Of a stretch of 64,000 nt of DNA, positions 54,599 through 63,736 are shown piece by piece. This DNA is from Halobacteriales archaeon QS_1_68_17. Its GTDB lineage: Archaea; Halobacteriota; Halobacteria; Halobacteriales; Haloarculaceae. The translations under genes were made by a program, and so were the position numbers. The notes under the pieces are model-generated. The model was not told the DNA's origin and did not search any database. It saw only the letters and a list, made by a program, of their open reading frames with translations. The stretch spans positions 9,044 to 73,043 of the forward strand of contig PXRG01000022.1 of assembly GCA_003021105.1 (NCBI GenBank), given 5' to 3'. Every line of letters starts with the position of its first letter. Position 1 is the stretch's first letter.

Positions 54599-55762
54599 TC
54601 AGGCCATCCCCTCGCTCTCGACGGGGTCGCCGCCGGCGAACCGGTCGAGCGAGAGTTTCCCGACGTCGAACCGGTCGGTCTCCCCGGCGACGAGGAGGTC
54701 GGCCATCGCGCCGCCGACGACCGGGGCCTGCTGGACCCCGTGCCCGGAGAAGCCGCAGGCGAGGTAGAACCCGTCGACGTCGGCCGGGCCGACGATGGCG
54801 TTTCCGTCGTCCGTGTGGGACTGGAGGCCGCTCCAGCCGTTGCGGACCTCCAGGTCCGCGAGCGCGGGGACCAGTCGCTGGACCTTCTCGGTCGTCCGGA
54901 GGTAGTAGTCGTACCCGACCTGGCCGTCGGTGGCCCCGTCGGGGTCTCCGACGTCGTGGATGTCCTGTCCGGTGTCACAGACCAGCATCGAGCCGCTGGA
55001 CTCGACCTTGAAGTAACACTCCCGCTCGGGGTCGATCACCAGCGGGCCGGTGGTCTGGTCGATCGTGCTCGTGACCATGATCCGCCGGATCAGCAGTTCG
55101 ATCGGGACGTCGACCCCGGCCATCGCCCCGACGCGGGCGGCCCAGGGGCCGGCGGCGTTGAGCACCGCGTCGACCTCGTAGGTCCCGGCCTGGGTCTCGA
55201 CGGCCGCGACCGCGCCGTCCTCGACGACGACGTCGGTGACGGCGGTCCCGGTGTGGATCATCGCCCCGCGGTCGACGGCCGCGCGGCCGAACGCCTGCGT
55301 CAGCGAGTGGGGATCGACGTGGCCGCAGTCGGGGGCGTACATCGCCCCCCGGATCTCGGTTGCGTCCAGCGAGGGGAACGCGCGGGCCGCCTCTTCCGGG
55401 GAGTGCATCTCGGTCGTGACGTCGAACGCATGGAGGTGCTGTGCGCGTTCCCGCCACTCGATCTCCGCCTCGCGGGAGTGGTAGAGATACATGTACCCCG
55501 TCTGTTCGAACGCCAGATCCTCGCCGACGTTGTCCGCGAAGTTCTGGAAGTACTCGATCGCGCGGTTCCCGATCTCGATGTTGACGGGGGTCGTGTAGGT
55601 GTTCCGGACCCCGCCGGCCGCCTTGCCCGTCGATCCCTCTCCGAGCTGTCCCCGCTCGAAGAGCACACCCCTCGCGTCGTACTCGTCGGCCAGGTGAAAG
55701 AGAGTACTCGTGCCGACAGCACCGCCGCCGATCACGGCGACGTCGAATGACGTCTCTGACAT
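54599..55762 (-). CDS. FAD-dependent oxidoreductase (DAO / sarcosine-oxidase-beta-like)
   Basis: MSETSFDVAVIGGGAVGTSTLFHLA dinucleotide-binding motif. ATG 55762 lies inside ORF 54599..55921. Confidence 0.85.
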   Translation of the reverse strand: MSETSFDVAVIGGGAVGTSTLFHLADEYDARGVLFERGQLGEGSTGKAAGGVRNTYTTPVNIEIGNRAIEYFQNFADNVGEDLAFEQTGYMYLYHSREAEIEWRERAQHLHAFDVTTEMHSPEEAARAFPSLDATEIRGAMYAPDCGHVDPHSLTQAFGRAAVDRGAMIHTGTAVTDVVVEDGAVAAVETQAGTYEVDAVLNAAGPWAARVGAMAGVDVPIELLIRRIMVTSTIDQTTGPLVIDPERECYFKVESSGSMLVCDTGQDIHDVGDPDGATDGQVGYDYYLRTTEKVQRLVPALADLEVRNGWSGLQSHTDDGNAIVGPADVDGFYLACGFSGHGVQQAPVVGGAMADLLVAGETDRFDVGKLSLDRFAGGDPVESEGMA

Positions 55763-55954
55763 GTGGTTGCTGGAGCAACGGGGAGCTAGGTAAAGATAGT
55801 TTTCCCGCCGAGACGAGCCTCCCGGAAAGGGTGCGGCGGCAACACTCGGCCGCCGGGCAGTGCCCGGAGCGTGGCGGCCCCCCAGGACCGCCGGCCAGCG
55901 CCGGAAGCGTGGCGACACCACCGAAACGCAAAAGAGCGCGAACAGGGCGCGCGG

Positions 55955-57151
55955 TCAGCCCAGGTAGAGGTCCTCGTGGCGGTCGGGGACGACCCGGGCG
56001 AGCCGTTCGGTCCCCTCGTCGGTCACCACCACCGGTTCGCCGATGCGGACTCCGCCGCGGGACGGTTCGTCGGTGGCGTACACGCCGGGTTCGGGGACGA
56101 TCACGTGTCCCGGTTCGAGGGTGTGGTCGGGGTCGTCCCGCCCGGCGTCGGGCGCGAACGGCGGTTCGTAGACGTTCATCCCGAGCCCGTGGAAGATGGG
56201 CTGGTAGTCGGTAAAGGAGATGTCGGCGAAGCCCCGCTCGTCGATCACGTCCGCGGCCGCGTCGCGCACGGCCCGGGCGCTGACCCCGGGGCCGGCGGCC
56301 TCGATGGCGGCTTCGCGGGCGTCCCAGACCGCGGTGTACATCTCCCGCTGGCGCTCCGTGGGCTCGCCGACGACGGTCGTCACCGTGATGTCCATGTTGT
56401 ACCCCGCGTAGACGAAGGCGTAGCCCAGGATCACGAAGTCGCCGTACCGGAGCCGCTTGGCCGAATCGTAGCGGAGGAAGACGCCGGTGTTCGTCCCCGA
56501 GAAGGTGGCCGGCGCCCACGAGACGCCCTGCGCGCCCGCCCGTTTTGCCGCGTACTCGGCCTCCGCGGCGACCTCGTACTCCCGGACGCCCTGCTCGACG
56601 GCGTCGAGCGCCGCCAGCACCGCCTGCTCGCAGACCGCCCCGGCGTCGTCCATGATCGCCACTTCGGCGGGGAGTTTCACTCCCCGGATGCGCGCCAGGT
56701 CGTCGCCGACCGGCACGAGCCCGTCGAGGTCGCCGGCGACGCCGAACCCGAGGGCGTCGACGCCGACGGCGTCCGCGCCGTGGGTCTCGAAGAGGTCGCG
56801 GTACGTCGCCGCCATGTCGCCCCGCGTGGTGGCGACGGCGTCGTCGATCCACGGCATCCGCGTCCGGATCCGGGGCACGTCGCCCGCCGGCGCGAGCATC
56901 ACGACCCGGTCGTCGGTGACCAGCGCCTGGTAGGCGTCCGTGAAGTAGACGCTGTGGACCGGCCGGATGTCGGTCACGTACCGGACGTTCGCCTGATCGG
57001 TCAGAAGCAGCGCGTCCAGGCCCCGGTCGTCCAGCAGATCGCGGAACCGGCGGGTGCGGGACTCGCGGAGCGCCGCCGTGTCGACGGCCTCGACGGCCCT
57101 GTGTGACGGGTACACGTACTCCGGACCCGCGGCTGACTCTCGGAGTTGCAT
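55955..57151 (-). CDS. M24-family metallopeptidase/amidohydrolase (Xaa-Pro peptidase, creatinase or ectoine-hydrolase-like)
   Basis: Creatinase-type N-domain (LDALLLTDQANVRYVTD) plus a pita-bread catalytic domain. ATG 57151 lies inside ORF 55955..57301. Confidence 0.8.
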   Translation of the reverse strand: MQLRESAAGPEYVYPSHRAVEAVDTAALRESRTRRFRDLLDDRGLDALLLTDQANVRYVTDIRPVHSVYFTDAYQALVTDDRVVMLAPAGDVPRIRTRMPWIDDAVATTRGDMAATYRDLFETHGADAVGVDALGFGVAGDLDGLVPVGDDLARIRGVKLPAEVAIMDDAGAVCEQAVLAALDAVEQGVREYEVAAEAEYAAKRAGAQGVSWAPATFSGTNTGVFLRYDSAKRLRYGDFVILGYAFVYAGYNMDITVTTVVGEPTERQREMYTAVWDAREAAIEAAGPGVSARAVRDAAADVIDERGFADISFTDYQPIFHGLGMNVYEPPFAPDAGRDDPDHTLEPGHVIVPEPGVYATDEPSRGGVRIGEPVVVTDEGTERLARVVPDRHEDLYLG

Positions 57152-57285
57152 ACGCCCCAACAAGGCGACGCGGATCACATAATACTTTGCACCAGTCCGG
57201 GCGTCGCGGTGCGGCCCGATCGCCAACGGACGAACGGGGCCGACAGCGGCGAGCGGGTAGTCGTGGAGCGCGTGACTGGCGCGCG

Positions 57286-57304
57286 CGTTTTGTATCGACA
57301 AACG
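57286..57304. promoter_or_regulatory. Near-palindrome CGTTTTGTATCGACAAACG (site D)
   Basis: 15 of 19 positions identical to site A; 135 nt upstream of the M24 start. Confidence 0.4.
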
Positions 57305-57339
57305 GGTACGAACGCTGAAATAACAGTTTCCTTATATAC

Positions 57340-57495
57340 GTGCGCGCATCGAAACGTGCGTTCGGCGAAGTGCTCGCCGACGACCGCGTTGACGTCGAGG
57401 GGTTCGTCGACTTCGAGTCCCCGCTTTCGGACGTCGAAGCCGCCTTCCACCGGGCGATGGAACCCGAGACCGTCAAGGGGATCGTGACCGTCTAA
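57340..57495 (+). pseudogene. C-terminal relic of a zinc-type alcohol/threonine dehydrogenase-like gene
   Basis: Only about 50 codons, ...AFGEVLADDRVDVEGFVDFESPLSDVEAAFHRAMEPETVKGIVTV stop, with no upstream catalytic domain. Family call is tentative. Confidence 0.4.
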
Positions 57496-57598
57496 GCGCC
57501 CAGGCCGAACGCGACCCGATCGCTCTCCCGAACGTGCCGGACCCGACAACGATACGTAACACACCCGATAGCGACCCCGGTGGCTACCAGCCCGTCGG

Positions 57599-58403
57599 TT
57601 AGCCGACAGGGGCCGAATCGACAGTACAGAACGACTCGGGGTGTGGGAGTCGCGTCGAACCGACGTCGGTCACTTCGAACGTATCGTTTTGCGTGACGAG
57701 TGAGACGTTCGACCCGCCGGTGGGTCGGTACGTTTCCCGGTGGACCAGTTTTCGAACGATTCCACGGCGGTCGACGTAGACCGTCGACGTCAGGTCGACG
57801 ACTTCCCGCCGGTAGCGCCTGACGGGGTCGGTGAACTCGACCTCGAAGACCCTGACAGTCCGTCCGTTCCACTCGCGCGTGCCGTTGGGTGCGTACTCGT
57901 AGAGTCCGATCCGACCGGGACTGTACGGTCGCTCCCGAACGGTGTAGATTCCGTTCTCGTCGACCGCGAGACTGTAGAGCGTTCCGTCCACGGCGTAGGC
58001 CTTGACGAATCGGACCCGGAGGAGGCCGACATAGAAGAGGGCGGTCCCGTTCGGGGAGGCCAGCACTTCGATGTTGTCGTCGGCCCGGAGCGTGTAGCTG
58101 TATCGCGAGAGTACCCGGTCGTGCCGCGCGACCAGGCGGTCGCCGTCGACCGTCCCGTTGGTCAGTGCCTATCCGCGATGGCGTCTCCGGCGTCGGGGGT
58201 GGCGTTTCCGTCAGCGTCGGCGGCGGCGGAACGTCACAATTCGGACCTTCCGGGGTCGACGTCGGAGTCGGTGTCGGCGAGGGGGTCGGAACGGGCGCGG
58301 CCGTGATCGTCCCCTCCGGCGTGGGGCCACCGATGAGACCGCCGCTACAGTCGCTGAGAACGAATGCGAGCGCAACGCAGAGCAACGTCCGCGGTCGGTT
58401 CAT
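57599..58403 (-). pseudogene. Secreted lipoprotein gene interrupted by a 1-nt frameshift
   Basis: N-part MNRPRTLLCVALAFVLSDC plus a Pro/Thr linker (frame of ORF 57492..58409). C-part has high GC3 in the frame of ORF 57599..58066, which is closed upstream by TAG at 58169..58171. Confidence 0.6.
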
Positions 58404-58579
58404 CCCCACTTTACGATGACGGCACCGACGACGACGGCGACGGCGAGCGCCGCGAGGATCGTGTCCGACGACAAGACGCGGAGCCAGAGCAGGTGGATGG
58501 CGATCCCGACGGCGACGGCGAAGAAGATGCGGTCGCCGATGGTCATCTCGAACGGGAAGATGCGCGTGAGAAAGCCCAT
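58400..58579 (-). CDS. Small two-TM membrane protein (59 aa)
   Basis: MGFLTRIFPFEMTIGDRIFFAVAVGIAIHLLWLRVLSSDTILAALAVAVVVGAVIVKWG. Almost every codon ends in G/C. Its start overlaps the permease stop (TAATG) and its stop overlaps the next start (ATGA). Confidence 0.7.
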   Translation of the reverse strand: MGFLTRIFPFEMTIGDRIFFAVAVGIAIHLLWLRVLSSDTILAALAVAVVVGAVIVKWG

Positions 58580-59466
58580 TATGCTTTCACCGCCCCGAAG
58601 GTGAGCCCGGTCACGATGTGTTTCTGGACGATGGCCGCGAGAACGAGCCCCGGAAGCATGCTCAGCATGGTGCCCGCGGCCATGAGGTTCCACGACGTCC
58701 CGACCGTCGTGAAGAACTGTGCGATGCCCTGGGTGATGGTCATCGTGCTGTCGTCGGACAGCATGAGCGTGAACGCGTAGTGGTTCCACGCGAACAGCCA
58801 GACCAGAAGGAATGACACTGCTATCCCCGGTTTCGACAGCGGGACGATCACCTCCTTGAGGACTGTGAAGTCGTTGCCACCGTCGACGTAGACGGCCTCG
58901 TCTATCTCTTCGGGGATAGCCTTGATGATCCCGTAGACGAGCCAGATCGCGAGCGGCAGGTTGAAGATGAGATAGACGATGGCCAACCCCCAGTGGGTGC
59001 CGATGATGTTGAGTTCGCTCGTGAGCAGGAACATCGGCAGCAGGAACGCGGCCGGCGGGGCCATCCGGTTGGTGAGGATCCAGAAGAAGATGTGTTTCGA
59101 GTAGCCGACCCCAAGCCGGAACGCATAGGCCGCCGGCACCGCGAGCACCGTCGTGAGCACGGCGTTCAGGGTCGCGATGATTGCCGAGTTGACGATGAAC
59201 CGAGAGAAGTTCGCGACCTGCTGGTCTTCGACCGGCCAGAGGATGCGGTAGTTCTCGAAGTTCAGCGACGCCGGGTTCAAAAGCAGGTCCGGCGACCCGA
59301 AGATCTCCTCGGTGGTCCGCATCGAGATCGCCAGCGTCCAGTACACCGGTAACAGGATCCACAGGAGGACCAGTCCGATCCCGAGGACGACCAGTATCTG
59401 TCGCGGGTTCTCGAGGAAGTGGAACCCGAACCGTTTTGCCAGCGATTCCAAACGTTCGGTACTCAT
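58579..59466 (-). CDS. Carbohydrate ABC transporter permease (MalG/UgpE-like)
   Basis: 295 aa with a 6-TM profile and EAA-like loop (IDEAVYVDGGNDFTVLKEVIVPL). Confidence 0.9.
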   Translation of the reverse strand: MSTERLESLAKRFGFHFLENPRQILVVLGIGLVLLWILLPVYWTLAISMRTTEEIFGSPDLLLNPASLNFENYRILWPVEDQQVANFSRFIVNSAIIATLNAVLTTVLAVPAAYAFRLGVGYSKHIFFWILTNRMAPPAAFLLPMFLLTSELNIIGTHWGLAIVYLIFNLPLAIWLVYGIIKAIPEEIDEAVYVDGGNDFTVLKEVIVPLSKPGIAVSFLLVWLFAWNHYAFTLMLSDDSTMTITQGIAQFFTTVGTSWNLMAAGTMLSMLPGLVLAAIVQKHIVTGLTFGAVKA

Positions 59467-60332
59467 TCAAGGACCTCCCGGTGGAGCATGTTGACCAGCC
59501 CCCAGCTCAAAATGATGATCAGATACAGTGCGAAAAGCGACAACGCGGCACCGATCCCGTACCGTGTCTGCTGGGTCATGATGCGGACGATCTCGAGGTT
59601 CAACAACATCGTATCTTCGCCCGGACCGCCGCTGGTGAGCATCCAGACGTCGTCGAACGACCGGAACAGGTCCATCATCCTGATGAGCAACGCGACGACG
59701 CCGACGGTCTTGAGTTGCGGGAGCTGGACGTGCCAGAATATCTCCCACCGGTTCGCGCCGTCTATCCGTGCGCTCTCGATGAGCGATGGCGGGACGGACG
59801 TCAGCCCTGCAAGGAAGATGAGCGCGATGAGCGGTGTCCAGTGCCAGGCGTCCATCAGGAAGATGGCGACCCAGGCGTCCAACGTGTTCTCCCCGATCTG
59901 GAACGTGATCCCGAAATTCGAGAGCATCTTCGGCACGAGCCCGGTGTCGGTGCGCAGTAACAACAGCCAGTTCGCACCGACCGAGATGGGGGGGATCGTG
60001 AGTGGTAACACCAGCAACGTCCGGACGACGCTGTCCCCCCGGAATTCCCGGTCCAGGAGCAAGGCGATCGCCAGCCCGAGACCCATCTGAATCACAAGCG
60101 ACACCCCGACGAAAAGCAGTGTCCGTCCGGTCGCGGACATGTACTGGGCGCTGTTCATCAGTTGCTCGAAGTTGTCGAGGCCGATAAACCGGGGCCCGGT
60201 CGCCGCGAACGCCTCCCAGTACATGAAGCTGGTGCGGATCACGAGCACCACCGGGACGATCCCGAAGACGATGAAGGCGATCACCGACGGAACGAGGTAC
60301 TTCTCGCCATCATAGATGCGGGTTTCGCTCAT
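59463..60332 (-). CDS. Carbohydrate ABC transporter permease (MalF/UgpA-like)
   Basis: 289 aa with EAA loop (IESARIDGANRWEIFWHVQLPQL). ATGA overlap with the next gene. Confidence 0.9.
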   Translation of the reverse strand: MSETRIYDGEKYLVPSVIAFIVFGIVPVVLVIRTSFMYWEAFAATGPRFIGLDNFEQLMNSAQYMSATGRTLLFVGVSLVIQMGLGLAIALLLDREFRGDSVVRTLLVLPLTIPPISVGANWLLLLRTDTGLVPKMLSNFGITFQIGENTLDAWVAIFLMDAWHWTPLIALIFLAGLTSVPPSLIESARIDGANRWEIFWHVQLPQLKTVGVVALLIRMMDLFRSFDDVWMLTSGGPGEDTMLLNLEIVRIMTQQTRYGIGAALSLFALYLIIILSWGLVNMLHREVLE

Positions 60333-60398
60333 CGGACGTCGTCACCTCCCGCTTCGTGGTCGTCCGGATCACCCCATCCCCTTGCGGCTCCCGGGAAC

Positions 60399-61574
60399 TC
60401 ACGTGTCACCATCCTTGCGGACCTCCTCGACGTGCTTGTCGGTCACCTCGACCGCCTCGACGACGTCGCCCTCGGCCGACGAGACGGTCGCCAGCTGGTC
60501 CGCCTCGTCGTAGTAGTAGGTCTTCTGTGGGTGGACCGAGATGGTCTCGCCCTGCATGCCCATGAACTCACGTGGCTCGGTCTCGATTTTAATCTCGCGG
60601 CCGTCGACCTCGGCGGTCAGGATGCTGCGTTCGCCGGTCGGTTCCACCGTCAGGACGGTCGCCGGGAAGGTATCCTGGCCCGGGTCCTCGACGACTTCGA
60701 GGTCGCGCGGTCGGATGCCCAGTGTGACGTCCTCGGCGACCTCCCGGGCGTCCAGTTCCTCGACGACATCCGGGGGAACCCGGTACCGGAACGCATCGCC
60801 GGCGACGAACACTTCGCCGTCGGACCGCTCCAGTAGCCCGTGCAGGAAGTTCATCGGCGGGTCGCCGATGAACCCCGCGATCCAGGTGTTGCGCGGGCGG
60901 CTGAACACCTCGTGTGGCGTGCCGACCTGCTGGACTCGGCCGTCGTTGAGCACACAGATCCGGTCGGCCAGCGACATCGCCTCCGTCTGGTCGTGAGTCA
61001 CGTACACCGTCGTGACCCCGAGCTTGCGGTGGAGACGTTTGAGCTCCGAACGCATCTGGATGCGGAGTTTGGCGTCGAGGTTCGAGAGGGGCTCGTCCAT
61101 CAGGAACGCCATCGGTTCACGAATCATCGCGCGCCCGAGCGCGACCCGCTGTTGTTGACCACCCGAGAGGTTCTTCGGGTGTTTGTCGAGCTGGTCGGTG
61201 ATCTCGAGCAACTCCGCGACCCGCTCGGTCTCGGAGTCGATCTCCTCGCTGGAATAATCCCGGCGAGAAAGCGAGAGTGGAAACGCGAGGTTCTCCCTGA
61301 CAGTCTTGTGTGGGTACAGCGCGTAGTTCTGGAACACCATCGAGATGTCGCGTTCGGCCGGCTCGTCGTCGGTGACGTCTGCGTCGTCGAAGTAAATGGT
61401 GCCCTCGCTGGGCCGTTCTAACCCGGCGATCATCCGGAGAGTGGTCGTCTTCCCGCACCCGGACGGGCCCAGCAAGACGAAAAACTCACCGTCCTCTACC
61501 GTCAGGTCGACGTCCGAGACGGCCTCGATGTCTCCGAAAGACTTGGATACACCCTCGAGACGCACTTGTGCCAC
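60399..61574 (-). CDS. Carbohydrate ABC transporter ATP-binding protein (MalK/UgpC-like)
   Basis: GPSGCGKTT, LSGGQQQR, FLMDEPLSNLD and a C-terminal TOBE-like domain. Confidence 0.9.
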   Translation of the reverse strand: MAQVRLEGVSKSFGDIEAVSDVDLTVEDGEFFVLLGPSGCGKTTTLRMIAGLERPSEGTIYFDDADVTDDEPAERDISMVFQNYALYPHKTVRENLAFPLSLSRRDYSSEEIDSETERVAELLEITDQLDKHPKNLSGGQQQRVALGRAMIREPMAFLMDEPLSNLDAKLRIQMRSELKRLHRKLGVTTVYVTHDQTEAMSLADRICVLNDGRVQQVGTPHEVFSRPRNTWIAGFIGDPPMNFLHGLLERSDGEVFVAGDAFRYRVPPDVVEELDAREVAEDVTLGIRPRDLEVVEDPGQDTFPATVLTVEPTGERSILTAEVDGREIKIETEPREFMGMQGETISVHPQKTYYYDEADQLATVSSAEGDVVEAVEVTDKHVEEVRKDGDT

Positions 61575-61812
61575 GTCTCGTCACCTCTGGGGGTCTCGCC
61601 TCGTTCGGTACGGTACCGATCGACGCCTCTCTCCCGGCCGGACACGTCTCCCTCTCAACCGACCGTCGGCCCGTCGTTTGGTGTGTTTGTCCATATTACT
61701 GGCACCAGTCGTATAGGGGTGACACGCTCATATCTAAAGTAACCATCGGTCACGACAACCGATCCGACACCTGGAAAGCACCCTCTGGCGGTCGTGGGGC
61801 CCCACCGTTTTG

Positions 61813-61829
61813 AAATCGATTTGGTGGTG
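61813..61829. promoter_or_regulatory. AAATCGATTTGGTGGTG, left copy of an inverted pair in the divergent promoter region
   Basis: The core AAATCGATTT is itself palindromic; anchored on the ORF 61568..61813 stop. Confidence 0.4.
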
Positions 61830-61953
61830 AGAAGTACGCGGATGAATATTTTGTTTATGACTGGTTGGGTTTGAGTACAGAGGTAACGGAGATCTCTCCG
61901 AATTTGTTTCACATAGATAACAGCTGAAACTCAATCTTCACTCCTACTCTAGA

Positions 61954-61970
61954 CACCACCAATCGATTTT
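61954..61970. promoter_or_regulatory. CACCACCAATCGATTTT, right copy (inverted)
   Basis: The reverse complement matches the left copy apart from one missing T. Lies immediately upstream of TATA-like TTAAATA (61982..61988). Confidence 0.4.
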
Positions 61971-62012
61971 TGGGAAAAAGATTAAATACTGTAAATGTGT
62001 AACAAGGAAACG

Positions 62013-63590
<1,578 letters not shown>

Positions 63591-63736
63591 ACGTCCCGGG
63601 GCCCCCTATCCCGGACCACGCTCGTCCGGACCGCCAAGACACCACCGCCGGTCGGGCGCTCGAACCGTTCGCGAGCCACCGTGTGTCTGTCCCACACGCC
63701 CCTACCTTTTATGTAATCACACGTCGAGCTACCAGT

